From: an uncultured Anaerolinea sp.
Lineage (GTDB): Bacteria > Chloroflexota > Anaerolineae > Anaerolineales > Anaerolineaceae
Direction: 5' to 3'
Assembly: GCA_964570925.1 (NCBI GenBank)
Contig: CAZNAF010000001.1
Location: 3,322-67,321 of the forward strand
DNA: 64,000 bases
Shown here in pieces: positions 36,952-45,308 of the stretch. Each line of letters starts with the position of its first letter. Positions within the stretch are counted from its first letter, which is position 1. The notes under the pieces are model-generated. The model had not been told where the DNA came from and made no database searches. It worked only from the letters and a program-made list of their open reading frames with translations. Both the position numbers and the translations under genes were made by a program.

Positions 36952-37821
36952 ATGACTCGAGAAATTCGGATCGGTGAAAAAATGGTCGGAGACGGCCACC
37001 CCGTTTACATTATTGCCGAAGCCGGCATCAATCATAACGGCGACATTGAGAACGCAAAGAAACTGATCGACGCTGCCAAACACGCCGGCGTGGACGCCGT
37101 AAAATTCCAGAAACGCACCCCGGAATTGTGCGTGCCCCCCGAACAGCGCGACCAGATGCGTGAAACCCCCTGGGGCTACATCACCTACATGGAATACCGG
37201 TTAAAAACCGAGTTCGGCGAAGCCGAATACGCAGAGATCGACCGCTACTGTAAAAAGGTTGGCATCGACTGGTTTGTATCAGTTTGGGATGAAGAAGCCG
37301 TCAACTTCATGGAAAAATTCAACCCGGCCTGTTACAAGATCCCATCGGCATCCTTAACGGACCACAGTTTGCTGAAACACCTGCGCGCCACCGGCCGTCC
37401 GTTGATCCTTTCCACGGGTATGTCCACGATGGAACAGATCCACACCTCCGTCGATCTGCTGGGTCAGAAGAACCTGGCTCTCACACACGCCACCAGCACT
37501 TATCCGTGCGACCCGCACGAGTTGAACCTGCGCATGATCGAAACCTTACGCGCGACCTTTGACTGCCCCATCGGCTACTCAGGCCATGAGGTCGGATTGG
37601 TCACTTCTGCTGTCGCGGTCGGCCTGGGAGCCTGCATGGTGGAACGCCACATCACCCTTGACCGCGCCTTGTGGGGCTCCGACCAGGCCGCCTCGGTCGA
37701 ACCCGGCGGATTCGAAAAACTGGTCAAATACATACGCGTGACCGAAATGGCCGTCGGTGACGGCGTCAAGAAAGTCTATGACAGCGAGCTTTCCTCGTTG
37801 AAAAAACTGCGCAGGGTGTAA
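36952..37821 (+). CDS. NeuB-family ulosonic acid synthase lacking the SAF domain
   Basis: YIIAEAGINHNGD, KFQKR, YKIPSAS, RPLILSTGMST, YSGHEVG, MVERHIT. Ends about 60 aa short of NeuB-1. SD AGGAGAG. Confidence 0.85.
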   Translation: MTREIRIGEKMVGDGHPVYIIAEAGINHNGDIENAKKLIDAAKHAGVDAVKFQKRTPELCVPPEQRDQMRETPWGYITYMEYRLKTEFGEAEYAEIDRYCKKVGIDWFVSVWDEEAVNFMEKFNPACYKIPSASLTDHSLLKHLRATGRPLILSTGMSTMEQIHTSVDLLGQKNLALTHATSTYPCDPHELNLRMIETLRATFDCPIGYSGHEVGLVTSAVAVGLGACMVERHITLDRALWGSDQAASVEPGGFEKLVKYIRVTEMAVGDGVKKVYDSELSSLKKLRRV

Positions 37822-37824
37822 AGG

Positions 37825-39438
37825 TTGCCTTCACCAACGCTCTCACGAGTTCGAAACGCCATTTTCCGGCGTTGGGTCCATTATCAAAATAACCGGCGCT
37901 GGAAGAGCCTGAGCAAGAGTGTTCAGGCTTTGTCTCCTGTTTTATCCACCCAAAAACCGGTGATCGTTTTCAATGCCTCAACCCGCCTGGCGGGGGTCAG
38001 TCAGAACGCAGCTTATTCCAGGTTGGTCAGCCTGAGCCTTCGTGCCCAGGGAGTCCCGGTCATCCATTATGTCTGCCAGGCCGGGCTCCAACGCTGCGTT
38101 CTGGGCAGCAACCGCGATAATTTTGATCAGGCACCCCCGTGCGCGGAATGCGTCCGCCAAAGCCAGGCGCTTTTCCCGGTCGGTGAGGCGAGTTCCTTTG
38201 TTTTTGAAGCCGATGAAGACCTGGCTTTCACGTTGGAAAAACAATCCGTTGCGAAGCTATCCACCTTTGAACACAAAGGCATGCCGCTTGGTTTCTGGGC
38301 GGTGAATTCCTTGAGATGGATGCTGCGCCGTTACCGCCTGTTGGAGGACCTTCAAACCCGCGCTTTCATGGTTTCTTTCATCCTTTCCGCCAGGAGTCTG
38401 GCGCAACAATTCGAGAGCCTGCTTATAAAAACAGATCCCCAGGCAGCGCTGATTTTCAATGGCATGTTCTATCCTGAGGCGGCAGCGCGCTGGCTGTGCC
38501 AGAAACACGGCGTGCGGGTGATCACGCACGAGGTCGGGATCCAACCCTTTTCAGGTTTTTTCACGGAAGGAGAAGCCACGGCCTATCCGATGCACATTGC
38601 GGAGGATTTTCAACTCACCCCTGAGATGGATGAACGCTTGAACGAATATTTGAGCAACCGCTTTCAAGGCAACTTCACCATGGCCGGGATCCGTTTTTGG
38701 CCGGAGATGCAGAAGCTTGATCCGTCTTTGGCCTCCCGCATAGCGCTCTACCGCAAAGTGGTTCCGATCTTCACCAATGTCATCTTTGACACCAGTCAGG
38801 TGCACGCCAACACCCTGTTCACTGACATGTTCCATTGGCTCGAAAACCTGGTGCAGCCCATCCTTGACCATCCTGAAGTGTTGTTTGTGATCCGCGCGCA
38901 CCCTGATGAATCGCGCAAGGGAAAAGAAAGCCGCGAGAGTGTGGCCGATTGGGTGCAAAACAGGGGATTATTACGCTTTTCAAACGTGGTCTTCCTGGAT
39001 TCCAATCGTTTTGTGAGTTCTTATGAATTGATCCGGCGTGCGCACTTTGTGATGAACTACAATTCGACCATTGGTCTTGAAGCCACCTTGCTCGAAAAAC
39101 CGGTTCTCACAGCCGGGAAAGCCCGTTATACGCAGATCCCCACCACGGTTTATCCGTCATCGCGCCACGAATATCTCAAAACGTTGGACCAATTCATCAA
39201 AGCCGATGAGATCGATGTGCCCCCGGAATTCATTCAAAACGCCCGTCGATTCTTGTACGCGCAGCTTTTTCTTACCTCGCTTCCATTTGGCGATTATGTA
39301 AAAAACGACGGCGTATGGAATGGTTATGTGGCCTTGCGTGATTTTTCTGCCGCGGACTTGCTGCCTGAGCGCTCAGAGACCATGCGCGTCATCGCGAACG
39401 GCATCCTTCACGGAAAAGAGTTTCAAAGAGATCTATGA
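37825..39438 (+). CDS. HP-motif GT-B protein (Capsule_synth / KpsC-KpsS / TagF-like), paralog 3
   Basis: FVIRAHPDE and YNSTIGLEATLLEKPVLTAGKARY. The TTG start is the only in-frame start near the 5' end, so the start is uncertain. Confidence 0.65.
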   Translation: MPSPTLSRVRNAIFRRWVHYQNNRRWKSLSKSVQALSPVLSTQKPVIVFNASTRLAGVSQNAAYSRLVSLSLRAQGVPVIHYVCQAGLQRCVLGSNRDNFDQAPPCAECVRQSQALFPVGEASSFVFEADEDLAFTLEKQSVAKLSTFEHKGMPLGFWAVNSLRWMLRRYRLLEDLQTRAFMVSFILSARSLAQQFESLLIKTDPQAALIFNGMFYPEAAARWLCQKHGVRVITHEVGIQPFSGFFTEGEATAYPMHIAEDFQLTPEMDERLNEYLSNRFQGNFTMAGIRFWPEMQKLDPSLASRIALYRKVVPIFTNVIFDTSQVHANTLFTDMFHWLENLVQPILDHPEVLFVIRAHPDESRKGKESRESVADWVQNRGLLRFSNVVFLDSNRFVSSYELIRRAHFVMNYNSTIGLEATLLEKPVLTAGKARYTQIPTTVYPSSRHEYLKTLDQFIKADEIDVPPEFIQNARRFLYAQLFLTSLPFGDYVKNDGVWNGYVALRDFSAADLLPERSETMRVIANGILHGKEFQRDL

Positions 39439-40376
39439 CCTCGAAACCCTTCTGTTCCATCATCATTCGTGCCTACAACGAAGAAAAGCACATCCGACGC
39501 TTGTTGACCGGCATCGCGGAACAGACCATTAAAGACGTGCAGATCATCCTGGTGGATTCCGGCTCCACAGACAACACCGTGTCGGAAACGAGCGGCTTCG
39601 GGGTTGAGGTTGTTCATATAAAGCCCCATGAGTTTTCTTTTGGCCGGTCGCTAAACGCCGGGTTTGCACATGCCGAGGCCGACCTGGTGGTCATGGCCAG
39701 CGCCCATGTTTATCCTGTTTATCCTGATTGGCTGGAGACCCTTCTGGCGCCGTTTGCGGATGCCAGAGTCGCTTTGACCTACGGCAAACAGCGCGGCGCG
39801 CCAACCAGTCATTTTTCTGAGCAGCAGATCTTCCGCACCTGGTACCCTGAGCACTCGGTGGCGGGGCAGGGCTTCCCGTTTTGCAATAACGCCAACGCAG
39901 CCGTTCGTCGTTCGCTTTGGCAGGAGCATCCTTATGATGAAACCTTGCCGGGTCTGGAAGACCTGGCCTGGGCCAGGTGGGCACAGGAAAAGGGTGCTTC
40001 CCTTCATTACGTTGCCGAAGCGGAAGTGATCCATGTGCATAATGAATCCACCTCGGGAATTTTCAACCGTTACCGCCGGGAAGGCATGGCCTTTAAACAG
40101 ATCTATCCCGACGAAAAATTCACCCTGGGCGATTTGCTAAAATACTTCATCCACAACGTGATAAGCGACGGCCGTGAAGCGCGCCTTGCCAAAAGGTTCA
40201 TCAGAACGATCGGGAAGGTCATCCGCTTTCGCTGGCTGCAGTTTTACGGAACCTACCAGGGGTATCGGCAGTCCGGCCCGCTGACCTGGCAGTTGAAAAA
40301 GGCTTTTTATTACCCGGTCAGTCCTGTCCAGGCCAAAACTCCGGCTCGAAAAGTGGAGCCAATTCAGTATAATTAG
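39435..40376 (+). CDS. GT2-family glycosyltransferase
   Basis: CSIIIRAYNEEKHI, VDSGSTDNT, later LEDLAW. ATGA overlap upstream. Confidence 0.8.
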   Translation: MTSKPFCSIIIRAYNEEKHIRRLLTGIAEQTIKDVQIILVDSGSTDNTVSETSGFGVEVVHIKPHEFSFGRSLNAGFAHAEADLVVMASAHVYPVYPDWLETLLAPFADARVALTYGKQRGAPTSHFSEQQIFRTWYPEHSVAGQGFPFCNNANAAVRRSLWQEHPYDETLPGLEDLAWARWAQEKGASLHYVAEAEVIHVHNESTSGIFNRYRREGMAFKQIYPDEKFTLGDLLKYFIHNVISDGREARLAKRFIRTIGKVIRFRWLQFYGTYQGYRQSGPLTWQLKKAFYYPVSPVQAKTPARKVEPIQYN

Positions 40377-40403
40377 GGGTGTCATGACCGGAAGGATGAG
40401 ATT

Positions 40404-40688
40404 GTGAAAATCACCATCGAATTCACGGGGATCACCAAAGCGATCACACAGGCTGACGCGATCGATTATGAAGTGCCTGAAGGGTTTACGTATCGTGATT
40501 TGGTAAAGCGGCTGGCAGGAGAATACCCTGCCATGATCGGATTGATCATCAATACCGCGCAGGACGATTTTTTAAGTTCGAATATGTTTGTGATTAACGG
40601 CAACCTGGAATTTCCTGCGATGATCATGGATGAATCGCCGCGTGATGGCGAAAAGGTCGCCTTGATGTCAGTGATTACCGGCGGTTAG
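40404..40688 (+). CDS. MoaD/ThiS-family beta-grasp protein ending in Gly-Gly
   Basis: 94 aa. GTG start with SD GGAAGGA. The C-terminal PRDGEKVALMSVITGG-stop mirrors the MoaD pattern (DGDEVAhhPPVSGG). Confidence 0.65.
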   Translation: MKITIEFTGITKAITQADAIDYEVPEGFTYRDLVKRLAGEYPAMIGLIINTAQDDFLSSNMFVINGNLEFPAMIMDESPRDGEKVALMSVITGG

Positions 40689-40724
40689 CAGCTTTCTGTC
40701 GAGTCTGTCTTTCGTGGAGAAACC

Positions 40725-41417
40725 ATGCATAAAAAGATCACAGCACTGGTGCCCATGCGCCACCATTCTCAGAGGGTTCCCGGAAAGAACTTCAGGGTGC
40801 TGGACGAAAAACCTCTTTACGCCCATATCCTTGACACCTTAAAGGCCGTGCCGCAGGTCACCCATATTTTGGTGGATACAGACAGCCCTGTGATCGTGGA
40901 AGGCATCAAAAAAGATTATCCAACCGTACAATGCGTGGAACGCCCCGAAGCATTGCGTGCCGATGACATTCCCATGAACGAAGTCCTCATGTATGACACC
41001 AGCCTCGTTGAGTCTGATTTTTACCTGCAAACGCACTCCACCAATCCGCTCTTACAGGCGGAGACCATTTCCAGGGCGATTCAGACGCTTCTGAAACTCT
41101 ATCCGGCTTACGACTCACTTTTCTCGGTTACCCGCCTGCAAACGCGATTATGGGACGGTCTTGGCAGGGCGATCAACCACAACCCCGATATTTTGCTGCA
41201 GACTCAGGACCTGCCCGCTCTTTATGAAGAGAATTCCTGTCTGTACATGTTTACTCGTGATGTATTGATGCGCAAACGTAATCGCTTAGGCGACCGCCCC
41301 TACCTTTTTGAGATAGAGGCCGACGAAGCCTGGGATATTGACGAGGAGATCGATTTTAAACTGGTCGATTTGCTCATCCAGGCGCGAAAATCCGACGGGA
41401 AGGCAAGCCAGTCTTGA
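40725..41417 (+). CDS. Acylneuraminate-type cytidylyltransferase (NeuA/CTP_transf_3 family)
   Basis: ALVPMRHHSQRVPGKN nucleotide-binding loop. 230 aa. SD GGAGAA. Confidence 0.8.
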   Translation: MHKKITALVPMRHHSQRVPGKNFRVLDEKPLYAHILDTLKAVPQVTHILVDTDSPVIVEGIKKDYPTVQCVERPEALRADDIPMNEVLMYDTSLVESDFYLQTHSTNPLLQAETISRAIQTLLKLYPAYDSLFSVTRLQTRLWDGLGRAINHNPDILLQTQDLPALYEENSCLYMFTRDVLMRKRNRLGDRPYLFEIEADEAWDIDEEIDFKLVDLLIQARKSDGKASQS

Positions 41418-43480
41418 AACGGAATTGGATTATCTATCTGGATGTCTTGTTGATCCTGTCTGCGGTTGCGGGCAGCGTCTATTCCGCCCTCACGCCGCCC
41501 AACAGCCTCATGAACTGGTTCAATGTAGATGACGCCTTCTTCTATTTTAAAGTCGCGCAAAACGTGGTTGATGGCTATGGGTTTACCTTTGATCGCATTA
41601 ACTTTTCAAACGGCTTTCATCCTTTATGGATGTTGATTTGCATAGGAATCTACAGCGTTGCGAAATCTGACTTGATCCTGCCTTTGCGAATCGTTGTGGT
41701 GGTCAGCGGATTGTTGAACGCGGCCACCGCTTTTCTTCTCTTCCGCTTTCTCAGGAAAAGGATCCATTTTTGGGCAGCTGCCGCGATATCATTTTTCTGG
41801 GCCTTGTCTCCCTCGATTTACGGTGGATCCACGCTGCTGGGTATGGAAACTGGGTTGAGCATATTTTTCATTGTTTTATTGGTTTCCATGGCAGCCGATT
41901 TTATGGCGGGCTCCTATGAAAAACCGGTCACGAAACGACAGTTCCTCTTGCTGGGATTCATCGGCGCTCTGACCATCCTGGCCCGGCTTGATAATCTTTT
42001 TGTCGTGGCAACCGTAGGATTGTTCCTGCTGTTGAAGATCAGAAGGATCCCCGCGTCGATGCTCTTTGACGTGATCGCCGTCTCGCTGTCGGTCTTTATT
42101 GCCTGGATCCTTCGCCTGGGTTCTGAAGGGGTGATGCAGAACACCTACACGATCTACCCGATGTTGATCTTGTCTGTAGTGATCAAGCCTCTGGCACTGT
42201 TCTTTTTCGGGACGTATACAGCCAGCGCGACTCAGACTACTCTTCAAAGAATAGTCAGGTTGGGTGGCGCGTTTTTGACGGCATGCGGCCTTGAATTTTT
42301 GATCTTGCAGTTGCTGTTTAACCTTAACGTCATTAAATTATTTTCCTATTCGATCTTTGTCATCGACGTGGCACTCAGTTTTGTTTTTGTGCTGGTCGTT
42401 CACCTTTTTTTCACAAAACCAAGTCTGGTCGCTGCCAGGAATCCCTTTACGCTTTTATGGTCCTGGGTTGTAAAGAACATCAAGCCCACCCTGATAGGTG
42501 GCATTTATTATTCCATCCCGATCGCGGTTTTGGTTGGGGCTTACATGCTGGCGAACAAGATGATGTTTGGCACGTTCAGCCCCGTGAGCGGTCAAGTGAA
42601 GCACTGGTGGAGCAGCCTCGAAAATACGGTTTACGCGCGACCCGGCACGCTCGCTTCGGCGCTGGGTTTGAACACGGGGGGCAGCGGTCCCTGGTCATTG
42701 ACCACGACCCAACTTTACCGGGCAGCCGAATCTGTGGCCGCATGGTTCAAAGGTGTGAATGTTGAGATCATTTTTTACCTATTGATCGCCCTCGTTTTTG
42801 TCCTTTTCCTCCTCCTCATGCGCACAAAAAGGAATCCCTTGAGCGAAAAGTTTTACCGCTTGATGCTGCCCGCCTTGCTGGCAGGCTGCGTGGTTCAAAT
42901 TGCGTATTACTTTGCCTCTGGTTATACACACACCCGGGGCTGGTACTGGATGGCTGAATCGTTCCTACAGGTATCATGCGCCGCCTTGGTTTTGGATGGT
43001 CTTTTCACCTGGCTGGATGGACTGACGAAAAGAGTTCTATTGTCTCCATTCCTGGCTTTGCTGATCGCCGTATCAGCCGCGTCCGCCCAGAAGGTTTACC
43101 TTTCAGGAATGACCCCCATGCAGGTGCCCGAAGAAAGACAAAACGCATACCTTCAGGAAATTCATGAACTTGAGTTCCATACCCCTGCGGGTTCAAAGAT
43201 CGGCATGACCGGGGGCGGGTTGGTGTCTTATTTCATTAAAGATCGCACCATCATCAACCTGGATGGCTTGATCAACAGCCTGGAATACTATGAAGCAATG
43301 AAAACGGGAACGGCCACTCAATTCCTGGACGCAATTCCGCTGGATTACGCGTATGGCAAGTCATATATGCTGCTGGAATCAGACCCCTATGGCGGTTTTT
43401 TGAAAAAAAGATTGTCTGAGGTCGGGTATATTCGCGGGAATGAAGGGTTTACCCTGTATAAATACATCATTACCCCTTGA
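41414..43480 (+). CDS. Large polytopic membrane protein, GT-C-like candidate
   Basis: 688 aa, at least 12 hydrophobic helices. Acidic first-loop motif FNVDDAFFYFKVAQNVVDGYGFTFD. Soluble about 130-aa C-terminal domain. TTG start in a TTGA overlap. Confidence 0.65.
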   Translation: MKRNWIIYLDVLLILSAVAGSVYSALTPPNSLMNWFNVDDAFFYFKVAQNVVDGYGFTFDRINFSNGFHPLWMLICIGIYSVAKSDLILPLRIVVVVSGLLNAATAFLLFRFLRKRIHFWAAAAISFFWALSPSIYGGSTLLGMETGLSIFFIVLLVSMAADFMAGSYEKPVTKRQFLLLGFIGALTILARLDNLFVVATVGLFLLLKIRRIPASMLFDVIAVSLSVFIAWILRLGSEGVMQNTYTIYPMLILSVVIKPLALFFFGTYTASATQTTLQRIVRLGGAFLTACGLEFLILQLLFNLNVIKLFSYSIFVIDVALSFVFVLVVHLFFTKPSLVAARNPFTLLWSWVVKNIKPTLIGGIYYSIPIAVLVGAYMLANKMMFGTFSPVSGQVKHWWSSLENTVYARPGTLASALGLNTGGSGPWSLTTTQLYRAAESVAAWFKGVNVEIIFYLLIALVFVLFLLLMRTKRNPLSEKFYRLMLPALLAGCVVQIAYYFASGYTHTRGWYWMAESFLQVSCAALVLDGLFTWLDGLTKRVLLSPFLALLIAVSAASAQKVYLSGMTPMQVPEERQNAYLQEIHELEFHTPAGSKIGMTGGGLVSYFIKDRTIINLDGLINSLEYYEAMKTGTATQFLDAIPLDYAYGKSYMLLESDPYGGFLKKRLSEVGYIRGNEGFTLYKYIITP

Positions 43481-43553
43481 TCTTTTAACGACCACTGCCT
43501 GAAATGAAAATGACAGTTATAATTGTGAGGCAATTTAACTGAGGAAACCTGCG

Positions 43554-44525
43554 ATGCATGAAGTATTGATGTCTGCGCCTTACATGATTCCATTTCTGGA
43601 TCGATTCAAGCCAGTGTTTGACCATTTTTCGATCCGTCTCATCACTCCACGTGTGGAAGAACGCCTGGAGGAGTCTGAGTTGCTAAAAATGGCAGGCCAA
43701 TTTGACGGCACGATCTGCGGTGACGACCGCTACACGCCCGCCGTCCTTAAAGCTTGTACTCCGCGTTTAAAAGTGATCTCAAAATGGGGGACGGGGATCG
43801 ATTCGATCGACCGCGCTGCCTGTGAAGAGTTGGGCATCCGTTTGATGAACACGCCCAATGCCTTCACCCTTCCAGTCGCAGACAGTGTGATGGGGTATAT
43901 CCTGGCTTTTGCCCGCCAGCAGCCCTGGATGGACAAGGCCATCAAGAACGGAATTTGGAAAAAAATTCCGGGAAGATCCCTTTCAGAGTGTACACTGGGT
44001 GTGATTGGGGTTGGCAACGTGGGCAAGGCGGTACTAAGACGCGCCCGCGCCTTTGGCATGACCCTGTTAGGCAACGACATCCAACCCATCCCGCGCGATT
44101 TCTTGCTTGAAAACAACGTGAGCAATGTATCACTCAAGGAATTACTTCAAGCCTCTGATTTTGTCAGTGTAAACTGCGATCTCAATCCGACCTCTTATCA
44201 CCTGATCAACCAACAGACCTTGGGGTGGATGAAACAGGGAGCCATTTTGATCAACACCGCGAGGGGGCCTATCGTGGATGAAAAAGCCCTGGGGGAAGCC
44301 CTCATGGCACAAACGATCGCTGGCGCGGCGCTGGATGTGTTTGAACAGGAACCCGTGCCGGATATGTCCCCTCTGCTTGAAATGGAAAACGTACTGCTTG
44401 CGCCTCACAATTCCAATTCCAGCCCGGCTGCCTGGGAGAACGTGCACTGGAACACCATACGTAATTTATTGATCGGCCTTGAGATCGATCCCGCTGATCT
44501 TACAAAACTTCAACAATCTGCTTGA
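43554..44525 (+). CDS. D-isomer-specific 2-hydroxyacid dehydrogenase family protein
   Basis: NAD loop GVIGVGNVGKAV, ARGPIVDE, catalytic-His region LLAPHNS. SD GAGGAA. Confidence 0.8.
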   Translation: MHEVLMSAPYMIPFLDRFKPVFDHFSIRLITPRVEERLEESELLKMAGQFDGTICGDDRYTPAVLKACTPRLKVISKWGTGIDSIDRAACEELGIRLMNTPNAFTLPVADSVMGYILAFARQQPWMDKAIKNGIWKKIPGRSLSECTLGVIGVGNVGKAVLRRARAFGMTLLGNDIQPIPRDFLLENNVSNVSLKELLQASDFVSVNCDLNPTSYHLINQQTLGWMKQGAILINTARGPIVDEKALGEALMAQTIAGAALDVFEQEPVPDMSPLLEMENVLLAPHNSNSSPAAWENVHWNTIRNLLIGLEIDPADLTKLQQSA

Positions 44526-44539
44526 AAGGAAAAGACGAC

Positions 44540-45304
44540 ATGAAAGAAATTAAACGAGTCGTATTGGTCACCGGCAGCGCCGGGGGGATCGGGCGAGCCA
44601 CCGTGAAGCTTTTCTCCGACAAGGGTTGGAACGTGATCGGTGTGGATTGCCGCGATTTTGGTGAGGGGTTCCCCGCTGATGGGCTGTTCATTAAAGCGGA
44701 TATTGCCGACCCCAGCCAGTTCGCTTTCCTGTTTGACAAATTGAAACAATTTACCGGTTATCTTAATGCCGTGGTGAACAACGCCGCGGTACAGGTTTCA
44801 AAGCCTCTCGTTGAAACCACCGTGGAAGAATGGGATATGACCATAGCCACGAACCTTCGCCCGGTGTTCATCGGCGCCAGGTACGCTCACCCTCTGCTTT
44901 GCACAGCGGGAGGAGGCGCCATCGTGAACGTTTCCTCGGTGCACGCCATCCAAACTTCTGCCAACATCGCCGCATACGCGGCCAGCAAGGGTGGCATTTT
45001 GGCGCTCACACGTGCCATGGCTATTGAGTTTGCCCCCAACAACATACGCGTGAACGCTGTCTTGCCCGGTGCGGTGGATACACCCATGCTTCGCAACGGC
45101 ATGGAAAGGGGCATCCAGGGTGGCGGCACGATGGTTGAGCGTCTGGATAACTTGGCACGTAGAACCGTGAACGGGCGTATTGGCACTCCTAATGAGATCG
45201 CCCAGGCGATCTATTTCCTCGCGGATAACAGCCAGTCTTCCTTCATGACCGGGCAGGCCCTGGTTGTGGATGGAGGCGCCACCGCGCGCCTGAGTACTGA
45301 GTAG
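44540..45304 (+). CDS. Short-chain dehydrogenase/reductase (classical SDR)
   Basis: VTGSAGGIG, NNAA, YAASKGG. ATG 44540 with SD AAGGAAAAG (ORF track begins at TTG 44522). Confidence 0.8.
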   Translation: MKEIKRVVLVTGSAGGIGRATVKLFSDKGWNVIGVDCRDFGEGFPADGLFIKADIADPSQFAFLFDKLKQFTGYLNAVVNNAAVQVSKPLVETTVEEWDMTIATNLRPVFIGARYAHPLLCTAGGGAIVNVSSVHAIQTSANIAAYAASKGGILALTRAMAIEFAPNNIRVNAVLPGAVDTPMLRNGMERGIQGGGTMVERLDNLARRTVNGRIGTPNEIAQAIYFLADNSQSSFMTGQALVVDGGATARLSTE

Positions 45305-45308
45305 CTGC

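Noticed and set aside
43518-43523. TATAAT hexamer in the 43481..43553 gap as an internal promoter of the glycan locus.
   Set aside because: There is no acceptable -35 element at 16-18 nt, no extended -10, and no copy of the ATTCAA-N3-TTGAAT operator.
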